A stretch of 32,000 bases of DNA, from assembly GCF_017876815.1 (NCBI RefSeq), contig NZ_JAGIOS010000003.1, forward strand, positions 720,001 through 752,000, read 5' to 3'. Shown here in pieces: positions 17,216-26,040 of this stretch. The position numbers were made by a program, and so were the translations under genes. This DNA comes from Sinorhizobium meliloti (lineage in GTDB: Bacteria; Pseudomonadota; Alphaproteobacteria; Rhizobiales; Rhizobiaceae). The notes beneath the pieces were generated by a model, which worked only from the letters and a program-made list of their open reading frames with translations, had not been told where the DNA came from and did no database searches. Within the stretch, counting starts at the first letter, position 1; the number at the start of each line of letters is the position of its first letter.

Positions 17216-17474
17216 CCAACGCCGATGAACTCGCCTTTCGCAGCTCCCAGCGCCTCGTCCATCTCCGCTTCCAAGATCCTGCATCACGGTGCGGATCACC
17301 TCGCGCAGCCCATCGGGGTTTGAAAGCAAAATGTCTTTGACGGCGGCGCTGGCTGTCTTACCCTCACTCTTGCTCATGGTGGCGTTCCTTCCAGGGAATC
17401 AGGTGACGTTCAACATCGCCAGCCTGCCATGACCGCCTCTCTCAGTGAATTTGCAGAACCTTCGGCACACTACC
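17216..17474 (-). mobile_element. IS256-family left-end fragment (terminus plus the first ~50 codons of the transposase)
   Basis: The minus strand reads MSKSEGKTASAAVKDILLSNPDGLREVIRTVMQD / ILEAEMDEALGAAKGE (one slip) from the ATG at 17377. The 98-bp leader and terminus 17377..17474 is repeated at 26041..26138. Confidence 0.7.
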
Positions 17475-17602
17475 TTCATTTCCGTCCGCATACCCGCCTA
17501 TAGCGGCATCATGTCTAACGGCGAGTGAACCACACAAATTGAGGAAGACCCTCTTAAAATTCCATCCCCGGCGGGAACAGCCGCATTGTCAAGTTTATTT
17601 GC

Positions 17603-19018
17603 TAGCATTACAGTTGCATATCTATCTGTGGTCTGCATCTATGGGTCTCCATGATTCGGAGGTCATGGATGACAGGTGCATCAATCGAGACTACGCTTGA
17701 GCTTTGGGCATCATCGCTGCGTGACGTGAAAGCTGCGCGGACTGTTTACGCAGGAGCGAGTTGCAGCATCTGCGAACTCTTTTCCTGGACGGCTTGCTGG
17801 GTGACGAGCGGCGTAAGACAGGTTGGATGCGCGCTGAGGCGGCCGGTGATCCCGGCCCGTGGCGGCAACAAGCCATTCTGGGTCGCGGGCGTTGGGACGC
17901 GGACGGACTTCGCGACATCGTGCGAGAGTATGTTGTCGAAAACCTCGCCACAGATGATGCGGTCCTGGTCATCGACGAGACGGGCTTTCTCAAGCAGGGC
18001 AAGACATCGTGCGGTGTTGCACGTCAATATACAGGTTCGGCTGGCAAGATAACGAACTGCCAGATCGGTGTGTTCGCCGCCTATGTGTCCGTTCGCGGCC
18101 ATGCCTCTATCGATCGAGCCCTGTACTTGCCCAAGAGCTGGACTGGCGATCCGGCAAGGCTTGCAGCAGCTCATGTTCCTGAGGTTACAGCCTTCGCTAC
18201 CAAGCCAGGCCTGGCTGTCGAGGTGATACGGCGTGCGCTGGCAGCCAATGTGCCGTTTTCATGGGTGGCCGCAGATGCGGTCTATGGCGTCGGGGACGTT
18301 GAAGGGACCCTGCGGCGAGCCTGCAAAGGCTACGTTCTTGGGGTTAAATCGACCACCATTTCGGCTCCTGGTCGGGGAAGCCTCCGGTCGCCGGCACAGC
18401 ACAGGAGATCGCCCGCGATCTCGATCCAAGTGCATGGCAGCGTCTTTCCGCCGGTGAGGGCACCAAAGGCGCGCGGCTTCATGACTGGGCGTACTGCGAA
18501 CTCGCCGATCTCGATGCCGACGAATACAGCGAGACGAAATCGGGGCTTTGGACCCGTGGCCTCCTGATCCGGCGCAATATCAGCGACGGTGATCTCGCAT
18601 TCTTCACCACATGGTGCCCGGCCGGGACGGGCATCCAGACGCTCGTTTCCGTTGAAGGCCATCGCTGGGCGATCGAAGACAGCTTCGAGACCGCCAAGAA
18701 CGAGCTCGGACTCGATTACAACGAAACCCGGTCATGGCATGGCTGGCATCGCCACGTCTCCCTCGTCATGCTCGCCTTCGCCATGATGGCGGTGATCCGA
18801 TACCGCGCCAATGACGTGACGCCCCAAAAAAGACCGCGGATGCCGACCATCAGGATTTGATCCGCTGGTCTATCCAGGATAGTCCGGCGCATCGCCATCA
18901 GACTCGCCCAGCGTCGCATAAACCCCGCCTACGTCATCGCATGGTCATGCTGGAGGCGCGCCCATCAGGCGGCCGCTCGACGAGCTCATCTGAGAACTAA
19001 AATGCAACTGTAATGCTA
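17603..19018 (+). mobile_element. IS701-family insertion sequence (about 1416 bp) with intact termini
   Basis: There are perfect 17-bp inverted repeats, TAGCATTACAGTTGCAT (17603..17619) and its complement (19002..19018). The internal DDE transposase is multiply frameshifted. No obvious target duplication is visible. Confidence 0.8.
17651..19013 (+). pseudogene. IS701-family transposase, at least 5 frameshifts
   Basis: The pieces are TLELWASSLRDVKA / LRGLFTQERVAASANSF / LDGLLGDERRKTGWMRAEAAGDPGPWRQQ...VLVIDETGFLKQGKTSCGVARQYTGSAGKITNCQIGVF...WVAADAVYG / ...EGHRWAIEDSFETAKNELGLDYNETRSWHGWHRHVSLVMLAFAMMAVIR / ...IAWSCWRRAHQAAARRAHL in different frames. Confidence 0.85.
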
Positions 19019-19071
19019 AGTGATAGCTATATATCGGCGCGGCACTGCGGGTTATCAGTTATAGTTGCTTC

Positions 19072-21204
19072 ATGTCTTCTACAAAAGTGAAAAGGTCGTC
19101 CCGCCCCGTGCGTTGGGGCTTGGCGGTAAAGCTGTTTACCATCCTCGTCCTGCTGGGCGCGATCGCGGTCCTGGTCACCGGGGTGCTCGGTTATTTCCGC
19201 GCCCGCGACGCCCTCGAAAAGGCTGTCTTCGACCAGCTCACGGCCGCCCGTCAGACCAAAACGCGTCAGGTCGAAGACTACTTCCGCACGATCGATGCCG
19301 AGTTACGCCTTCTTGCCTCCTCTAAGATGGCGGTTGATGCAACGCGCGAGTTCCGGATCGTGGTCGACCAGCTCGACCGGGCAGGCGCGCCACCCGAATT
19401 GCGCCAGAAGGTCGGCACCTGGTATACCGAGAACTTCATCCCCGGAATTACGCGTGTTCTGGGCAGGAAGCCGGTTCTGGCCGACTACCTGCCAGTCGGC
19501 GCCGCTCCCTACTATCTCCAATATCACTACATCGTCGCCAATCCGCATCCGGCGGAGCGGCGCAAGCTTCTCGACGACGCCGGCGACGGAAGCGAATACA
19601 GCAGGCTGCACGCCATGTATCATCCCATGATGCGCGCCGCAGCCGCAACGCTCGGTTTCTTCGACTTCATGATAGCCGACCCCAAATCCGGTCGCCTGAT
19701 CTACACGGTGGAGAAGGAGGTGGATTTTACCACCTCCCTCCAGGCCGGTCCCTACCGCCACTCCAACGCCGCAGCCGCCGCCGCCCGCTGCGCAGCAAGC
19801 CCCGACCGGTCGGCCGTATGCCTGGAGGATTTCGCCCCTTATGCGCCATCGGGCGGAGCACCCATTGCCTTCATGGGAGCACCGGTGATTGACCGGGGCG
19901 TCGTCATCGGCGTGCTCATCGCGCAATTGTCGAACGAGGAGATCGACAACGTCGTCACCGGCGGTCGTCGCTGGCGACAGGAAGGATTTGGCGACACGGG
20001 TGAGGCTTATCTCGTCGGGCCCGATTACCTGGTCCGCTCTGGCCCGCGAGCGTTCTATGAGAATCGTGAGAACTACTTCGCCGAACTCAAGTCCGTCGGC
20101 GCCCCGGGGGAGGAAATTGCCGCAATTGAGCGTTACGGGACGCCAGTGCAGCATCAGCGCATCAACACCAAGGCCACCCAGGCTGCGCTCGCCGGCGTCG
20201 AGGGCACGGGCGAGATTGTCGGCTACCGTGGCGTCCCCACGCTCGCTTCGTGGGGACCGCTCGCCATTCCGGGCATCAAATGGGGGCTGGTCGCCAAGAT
20301 CGATAGCGCTGAGGCCTTCGCGCCGATCGAGCGCCTGCGCCAGGATCTGCTGGTCGTCGGGGGACTGGCGCTGCTCGTGGTGGCAGCCACCGGCGCCTGG
20401 CTTTCGCGCGCGCTGCTTGGACCGCTGCGCGAGCTCACTGCCGGCGTGAGACGCTTCGCTGCCGGCGACTACCGGGCCAGCGTGCCGGTCCGCACGCACG
20501 ACGAGATTGGCCAGCTCTGCTCAGCCTTCAATGGCATGGTTGAGGATCTGCACCAAAAAAACGTTGTGATCGAGAACAAGAACCGCGAGAATGAGCAGTT
20601 GCTGCTGAACGTCCTGCCGGCACCGATCGCCAATCGGCTGCGCGGTGGCGAGGAGGCGATTGCCGACGGCTTCGCGGAGGTCACAGTGGCCTTCGCTGAC
20701 CTGGTCGGCTTCACCGAGTTGACATCGGAGATGCCGCCGCACGACGTGGTGACGTTGCTCAACGAGCTCTTCACGCGCTTCGACTCCGCCGCCCACGATC
20801 TCGGCATCGAGAAAATCAAGACGGTGGGCGACGCATACATGGCGGTCTGCGGTCTGCCCGAGCCGGTCGCCAACCACGCCGAGCGCATGGTGCGCATGGC
20901 CATTCGCATGGTCCACATTACCCGCGAGCACGGCATGGAACACAACGCTTCGATGAAGCTCAGGGTCGGCATCAACACCGGCCCTGTCGTCGCCGGTGTC
21001 ATCGGGACGAGTAAATACATCTATGACTTATGGGGCGACACGGTGAACCTCGCGAGCCGGATGGAATCGGGAGGAATCCCCGACTCCATTCAGGTGACGC
21101 GCTCGGTCTACGAAAAGCTTAAGGGCCAGTTTGCCTTTGAGCCGCGCGGCGCTATCGAAGTCAAGGGCAAGGGGAAGGTCGAGGCCTGGGTCTTGAGATT
21201 GTAA
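19072..21204 (+). CDS. receptor-type class III adenylate cyclase (TM - Cache-like periplasmic domain - TM - HAMP - cyclase)
   Basis: 710 aa. TM1 is LFTILVLLGAIAVLVTGVLGYF, followed by a periplasmic region of about 385 aa and TM2 LLVVGGLALLVVAATGAWL. HAMP is PLRELTAGVRRFAAGDYRASVPVRTHDEIGQLCSAFNGMVEDL. The catalytic core is TVAFADLVGFT...IEKIKTVGDAYMAV...YIYDLWGDTVNLASRMES, with metal Asp residues, an Asn/Arg pair and a Lys/Asp substrate pair. Confidence 0.9.
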   Translation: MSSTKVKRSSRPVRWGLAVKLFTILVLLGAIAVLVTGVLGYFRARDALEKAVFDQLTAARQTKTRQVEDYFRTIDAELRLLASSKMAVDATREFRIVVDQLDRAGAPPELRQKVGTWYTENFIPGITRVLGRKPVLADYLPVGAAPYYLQYHYIVANPHPAERRKLLDDAGDGSEYSRLHAMYHPMMRAAAATLGFFDFMIADPKSGRLIYTVEKEVDFTTSLQAGPYRHSNAAAAAARCAASPDRSAVCLEDFAPYAPSGGAPIAFMGAPVIDRGVVIGVLIAQLSNEEIDNVVTGGRRWRQEGFGDTGEAYLVGPDYLVRSGPRAFYENRENYFAELKSVGAPGEEIAAIERYGTPVQHQRINTKATQAALAGVEGTGEIVGYRGVPTLASWGPLAIPGIKWGLVAKIDSAEAFAPIERLRQDLLVVGGLALLVVAATGAWLSRALLGPLRELTAGVRRFAAGDYRASVPVRTHDEIGQLCSAFNGMVEDLHQKNVVIENKNRENEQLLLNVLPAPIANRLRGGEEAIADGFAEVTVAFADLVGFTELTSEMPPHDVVTLLNELFTRFDSAAHDLGIEKIKTVGDAYMAVCGLPEPVANHAERMVRMAIRMVHITREHGMEHNASMKLRVGINTGPVVAGVIGTSKYIYDLWGDTVNLASRMESGGIPDSIQVTRSVYEKLKGQFAFEPRGAIEVKGKGKVEAWVLRL

Positions 21205-21214
21205 AGTCGTGGGC

Positions 21215-21447
21215 GCCAAAAGTTGGGTGCACGTAGTGATTTTTGCGCTAACCCTCGGGCTGGCTTTGTACATCATCACGGATATCGAGTTTCCCGTCTC
21301 GGATTTTGTAGGGGGATCAATTCGATTGGGTGCTTGTTCTGCCTTTGGATGCAGTTAGGAACATTGTCGCCGCCACACCGATCCAGGCGACAACAGCCGA
21401 CGCGCGCCATTGCGCTAGCCATTAAATTCCTGCCGGACACGCGCTGA
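21215..21447 (+). pseudogene. C-terminal remnant of a membrane protein (DUF4239-like), frameshifted
   Basis: WVHVVIFALTLGLALYIITDIEFP, then a shifted frame RLGFCRGINSIG... It has no start and no upstream part. The family call is weak. Confidence 0.25.
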
Positions 21448-21465
21448 GCGGCCGTTCTCGCCCCT

Positions 21466-21870
21466 TCAGTTGTAAGGTGAGTTGCACGGGCGGCGCGCAC
21501 CCTCGAACGGCTGGAATGTGTCGTCGGCCAGTCGATACGATAGGTATCGCTCCTGGCACCAGCGAAGATGCTTGTTCGCGTCGATTACCCTTCGCTGGCG
21601 GAGGCGAAATTGTTGACGCACTCCGGGCCGGGGACCCCCAACAGTGGCGCCCGGGCCTATGCTGATGTCAGGCCTCATGCCGCGATAGCGGGAGCCGTAA
21701 TTTGGATATCGCTGCTGCAGGAAGTCTCGGTACTCTCTCTCGATGAAGAGGTTGTGATTCGTGCTGCCTCCCGTACCGCCGTTGCAAATTCCTATGCATG
21801 TTTGGGCTCTTGCCGGCGACATACCTATTGCTGCGGCAAGCACCGCAAAGGCGAGCGTTGAGGCTTTCAC
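21466..21870 (-). CDS. BA14K-family secreted protein
   Basis: The GTG at 21870 follows GAAGG. The signal peptide is (M)KASTLAFAVLAAAIGMSPARA. The C-terminal BA14K motif is HLRWCQERYLSYRLADDTFQPFEGARRPCNSPY. The longer listed ORF to 21975 is probably read-through. Confidence 0.75.
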   Translation of the reverse strand: MKASTLAFAVLAAAIGMSPARAQTCIGICNGGTGGSTNHNLFIEREYRDFLQQRYPNYGSRYRGMRPDISIGPGATVGGPRPGVRQQFRLRQRRVIDANKHLRWCQERYLSYRLADDTFQPFEGARRPCNSPYN

Positions 21871-21944
21871 AGACCTGACCTTCTTTCTGCCAAAAAGAAT
21901 CGATCGGAGCGACTTACGTGCGGCCCCTACGTAACGCTTGGAGG

Positions 21945-22690
21945 TCAGCAGGGTTCCTGTACCCCAAATCGGCACCGCCTAAGGGGAAGGCGAGCCGAGT
22001 TCGCTGTCGCACGATCGAGCACACGTGCCGTATGCAGCACAGCGCGGGTTTTCGGTCCGACATCGCCGTCCACCCGGAGGCAATGGTAGGCCTGGAACTG
22101 AAGGACATTGTCCGCTCGGTAGCCGAGCAGCACGAGCGAGATCCGCGCCAACCTATCGAAGCGGGCGGCCAAGCCATTCTTGCCGTCGTTGATCTTCTTC
22201 GTGATGGTCTCGGCGTCGCCCTCGTCGGCCCAGCGGTTAAGGTCCCGGATGTCCCAGTTAACAGAGGCACCAGCCCTTTCCACGGATCGGCATTGACCGC
22301 GTCCGGATCCTTGACGAAGTCGGAGCAGTCGAGGCCAGCCGCTCGGCACCAGTTGCGGAACTGGCGGTAGTTGTCCTTGCCGGTGAGCTGCATGCCGGTG
22401 CGCCGCGGTAGAGATAACCGTCACCATCCTTCTCCAGCGTGTTGCCGAGATCGGTCCTTGTGTCGTAGCGCTGCTGCGTCGGCGTCGGCCCCCAGAACTC
22501 GCGATCGTAGCGGAAGTCGCCGCTTTCATACATCAGCTGGGCGAAATACTGGGCGAGACGGTGCGGCCGATCCATGCCGAAGCGGTCACCGTACCTGTCC
22601 AGCGCCACAAGCACGGACGCGAGGTTGCTCTCGGTTCACCCTGCCCTTTGCGGCAGAGCGAACCTGCTGAGCGGTGATTGAAGTCTCCTG
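21945..22690 (-). pseudogene. glycoside hydrolase family 19 (phage-lysin/chitinase-like) with a C-terminal peptidoglycan-binding domain, at least 3 frameshifts
   Basis: The pieces are SITAQQVRS... / TESNLASVLVALDRYGDRFGMDRPHRLAQYFAQLMYESGDFRYDRE...DGDGYLYRG / GMQLTGKDNYRQFRNWCRAAGLDCSDFVKDPDAVNADPWKG / WDIRDLNRWADEGDAETITKKINDGKNGLAARFDR...FQAYHCLRVDGDVGPKTRAVL in successive frames. Confidence 0.8.
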
Positions 22691-23074
22691 ATTGTCGTTG
22701 GGGAATGGTTGGCGGGGCTTAGCCGCGCTGGCGCATGGCGGCCGGCAGTGTTCGGGTTTAAACTGACGTTGGTAGCTTTGCCCCCCTCGCAGGCGGCCGG
22801 GAGGCTCGTCACCGGCCCGCGGCCCTTGACGGGCCTCGCCATTGATCCACATCAATGGAAATGGGACTGGGACATGGACGATACCGAAGCGAAAAGCGCC
22901 GGCACAATGCGCCGCTACTAATCTTTTGGACGTTGCGGCACAGCTTGCCGGCCTCGCCGAGGACCTCAAAGCTCTAGCAGCTAGGCGGATCGAGCCCATA
23001 CCGACGTTGGCCGAGCCAGACGATCAGCCTTGAGCGAGCGGTGCAGAGCCAGAATAACGGGTCGGTCTGTTCTT

Positions 23075-23124
23075 AGACGCGAAAGGGCCCCTTCTCTCTC
23101 GACGAAAGAAGAGGCCCAGCGTCT
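23075..23124. other. long imperfect hairpin (AGACGC..GGGCC..TTCT / AGAA..GGCCC..GCGTCT)
   Basis: It is a 50-nt inverted repeat in an intergenic stretch. No flanking T-run is present on either strand, so it is not a canonical intrinsic terminator. Confidence 0.3.
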
Positions 23125-23439
23125 GAGCGTTCGAGTTCACAGACACTTCCATTTACGTGCTGAGCGCGGTTGATGCAATCAAAGATGCCCGCGCCGGGGC
23201 ACGGTTTTATCCATCTGGTTTTTCCCTTGTTAAGGTGAATGTTGAAGTCAGTTGAGTCGCGCCCTTGAGGTGCATTCTGTGAAGGCATGAAGCACCAGCC
23301 AGACAACACCTGGGTACACTCAACGATGATTTCATAGACCAGATGCCACTCGCAGAACAGCTCGTGCCCGAGGGCGTTACAGGGCCGGCCCTGCTAGTCG
23401 GGCAGCTGGCGTGAATCTGGCACTGTCCGCTCCTCCCCC

Positions 23440-23887
23440 GACGCACGCTACGAGCGATGCGAGCCGTTTGAAGGCCGCCGTCACGTACGTCAGCTTGTCC
23501 CCCGCGCGCGCCGGCGTCATCGTTGCTTTCCCCGGCGAAGGACGTGTTTGGTCCGCCGGTCCAGGCAGCGGCAAGGGCGAGAGCCGTGGCGCTGGCAGCG
23601 TGCGGCTTTGCCCTGATTATCGACACGAGCGCGCCGGCAGACAACGAAGCCAGGGCGCGTGTTCTCCGGGTGTCATCACCGGAATTGGCTTCATTGGCGG
23701 TGGGGCTATCGTCAAGCAGGGCAGCAGCGTCAAAGGTCTGGTGACCGCCGCCGGCATCTGGAATGCAGGCGCCATTGGGGTGGCGGTCGGACTCGGTGCC
23801 GCAAACATTGCAATCATTCTCGGCCTGACCAACCTCTTCGGACTAGTGGCTGCTGAGCACGCTCGGCGTTCACCGTCGCGAAGATGA
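23440..23887 (+). pseudogene. MgtC/SapB-family membrane protein, frameshifted
   Basis: The C-terminal frame has GVITGIGFIGGGAIVKQGSSVKGLVTAAGIWNAGAIGVAVGLGAANIAIILGLTNLFGL. The preceding helices (AVALAACGFALIIDTSAPADNEARARVL) are in another frame. The N-terminus is unclear. Confidence 0.65.
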
Positions 23888-23899
23888 CAATGGGAATTC

Positions 23900-24096
23900 G
23901 CCCTCTCTAACGAACGGGCACACTGACGCATGGCAAGCATGACTGACGCTCCGCACGCCGCTCTTCACGAGCGCCGAACGGCAGTTCGATCAGCATGGAC
24001 GAAACTCCGTGATCTGCAACGCGCGTGCAGGGCAAACGACGCGATGCCGCCGCCAGGTTTTGTTTTGTGGTTATTCCCATATGATCGCGCGTTCAT
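23900..24096 (-). pseudogene. decayed homologue of the 89-aa ORF at 3976..4245
   Basis: A GGAGGGAGG RBS and an ATG at 24096 are present. DNA is alignable to 3976ff (tatggg...ggcggcggcatcgcgtcgtttgcc...ttgcagatcacggag) but has indels, an internal deletion and early stops. The piece ...IELPFGAREERRAE matches DQLPLHIREERRAE. Confidence 0.5.
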
Positions 24097-24200
24097 TCGT
24101 TCCTCCCTCCGGGTTACGAAATGCAACCATAATTGGTCGCCTCTTGCATATTCCCTTTCACCGGGTGGCGGCGTAAGTTACGGGAACCCACAATGACGCC

Positions 24201-24222
24201 GGCCACAATCTTGATTGTGGCC
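24201..24222. promoter_or_regulatory. perfect 22-bp palindrome GGCCACAATCTTGATTGTGGCC in the leader of regulator paralogue 2
   Basis: Two 10-bp arms with a 2-nt centre end 13 nt before the ATG at 24236, just upstream of the AGGGGCGGG RBS. The orthologous position upstream of paralogue 1 is only a degenerate palindrome. Confidence 0.4.
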
Positions 24223-24235
24223 ATAGGGGCGGGAC

Positions 24236-25996
24236 ATGGTACACGCAGACCAACAGGGCGTCCCGGTCGACCCCGCAACTGCTCTACCCACCGAGGCGGA
24301 AGTTCTTGCGCAACTTGATCGAATCCGATTCAGCACCGAATTCGATGCGCCGGAACGAGCCCGCCAATTCCTGGCCTATGTCGTCGGGGAGACGATTGCA
24401 GGCCGTGCCGATCGTATAAAGGCCTATTCAATAGCAACCGAAGTCTTCGGTCGAGATTCTTCCTTCGACGCTCAAACGGATCCGGCCGTGCGGATTGAAG
24501 CTGCCCGTATTCGACGCGCGCTCGAACGCTACTATCTGGTCGAGGGCCACAACGACCCGCTCATAATAAACATGCCGAAAGGCGCCTACGTACCGACGTT
24601 CGAAAGGCGCATCAAAGTGCATACTGAACCTGACCCCGGCCTCTTCGTGAGCGTCAGACGCAATTCGCCCTTCGGGAGCTCTCGGCAGCCATGGGCGTGG
24701 GTCGCGATCGCGGCGCTTGCCTTTGCCCTTGGTAGTCTGGCGGCAAACGCCCTGCTTCGTTCTATTACCCCGGCGGAGAGCGAGGATATGGCCGGATTCC
24801 GGCCAAACATCCCGAAACTCGCTGTGATGCCCTTTGAGGATCTTACCGGAACACCGCACTCGGCGATGATAACACGAGGGTTCACGGACGAGGTCGTCGA
24901 CAAAATTGCCAGATTCAAGGAGATCATTGTCGTCAGCCGAGAAAAACTCGATGGCTCACCTGATCAGGCCGACGCCCCGGCTTATGCGCTGGAGGGGCGG
25001 GTTCGGCTCGACGGCGAAAAGCTTCGACTTGCAATAAGACTCGTACAGCGGTCCGACGGGTCGGTGGTGTGGGCGAACAACTATGACGAAAGTCTTGCGA
25101 CGCATAAGATTATCGCGTTGCAGGAAAAAGCCGCCGCCGCCGTGGCGACTGCTGTGGCACAACCCTATGGCGTCGTTTTCCAGGCGAACGCCGTGCGATT
25201 TACGCGCTCGGTTCCCGACGATTGGGAAGCATATGCGTGCACCTTGGCCTATTACGGCTATCGCAGCAACTTGAGCCCGCTAACGCATTCGTCGGTTCAA
25301 GAATGCCTGCAGCAAGCGACCCGACAGTTTCCAAACTACGCGACGGCTTGGGCACTTTTGTCGATGACCTATATCGACGAGCTCCGTTTCCAGTATCGTC
25401 TCGAGCGATCATCTCCGATTTCGCTGGAACACGCGGTCGCGGCAGCGGCGCGCGCCGTAGAACTGGATTCCCAGGACGTCCGTGCCCTGCAGGCGGAGAT
25501 GCTCACCTTGTTCTTCCGTGGCGAAGTCGACGCGGCCTTGGCTGTCGGCGCGCGCGCCTTCGCGATCAATCCCAACGACACTGAACTTGCCGGTGAGTAT
25601 GGTTTCCGGCGCGCCCTTTCCGGTCAATGGCGTTCAGGCTGCGAACTTGTATCGCAAACTGTGGAGCGGAACCCCGGCCCGGTGGGATACTTCGAGGCGG
25701 CCTTGGCCATCTGCTCCTACATCGAGAGCGATTACGTGGCCGCCGAGCGATGGGCGCGCTTGGCTGACCTTCGCGCCAATCCCATTTACCGGGTCATATT
25801 GCTTGCCATTCTTGGGAAACTCGGCAAAGAGGAGCAAGCAAAGGAGGAACAGAATTGGTTGGAAACAAACGTTCCGGGCTTCCTCGAAAACATCCGAAAG
25901 GAGATCGCCTTGCGGATTCGTCGTCCTGAAGACCAGCAGCATTTCATCGAAGGTTTGCGCGAGGCGGGTGTAACGATTCCGGAAGGTGGAGCGTAG
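24236..25996 (+). CDS. membrane-anchored winged-helix regulator with a TPR-containing extracytoplasmic domain (paralogue 2)
   Basis: 586 aa, colinear with ORF 2079..3836. It has the same wHTH block (RARQFLAYVVGETIAGRADRIKAYSIATEVFGRDSSFDAQTDPAVRIEAARIRRALERYY), a TM (WAWVAIAALAFALGSLAANALL) and a conserved C-terminal domain. Confidence 0.8.
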   Translation: MVHADQQGVPVDPATALPTEAEVLAQLDRIRFSTEFDAPERARQFLAYVVGETIAGRADRIKAYSIATEVFGRDSSFDAQTDPAVRIEAARIRRALERYYLVEGHNDPLIINMPKGAYVPTFERRIKVHTEPDPGLFVSVRRNSPFGSSRQPWAWVAIAALAFALGSLAANALLRSITPAESEDMAGFRPNIPKLAVMPFEDLTGTPHSAMITRGFTDEVVDKIARFKEIIVVSREKLDGSPDQADAPAYALEGRVRLDGEKLRLAIRLVQRSDGSVVWANNYDESLATHKIIALQEKAAAAVATAVAQPYGVVFQANAVRFTRSVPDDWEAYACTLAYYGYRSNLSPLTHSSVQECLQQATRQFPNYATAWALLSMTYIDELRFQYRLERSSPISLEHAVAAAARAVELDSQDVRALQAEMLTLFFRGEVDAALAVGARAFAINPNDTELAGEYGFRRALSGQWRSGCELVSQTVERNPGPVGYFEAALAICSYIESDYVAAERWARLADLRANPIYRVILLAILGKLGKEEQAKEEQNWLETNVPGFLENIRKEIALRIRRPEDQQHFIEGLREAGVTIPEGGA

Positions 25997-26040
25997 TAAT
26001 CTTCCCGAGAGAGTCATCTTGTCGATCACCCAGTCGCGGC

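Noticed and set aside
19303-20499. 398-aa minus-strand ORF
   Set aside because: It is antisense to the adenylate cyclase gene, whose domain motifs are unambiguous.
22842-23033. 63-aa plus-strand ORF (…AATNLLDVAAQLAGLAEDLKALAARRIEPIPTLAEPDDQP)
   Set aside because: The C-terminal part looks protein-like, but there is no RBS and no recognisable family. It lies among decayed phage-like DNA, so the evidence is too weak to call.
24211-24224. TTGATTGTGGCCAT as a fourth FixK box (shares 9 nt with the perfect box at 5723)
   Set aside because: The right half-site (GCCAT) does not match ATCAA. The sequence is better described as part of the 22-bp palindrome GGCCACAATCTTGATTGTGGCC.
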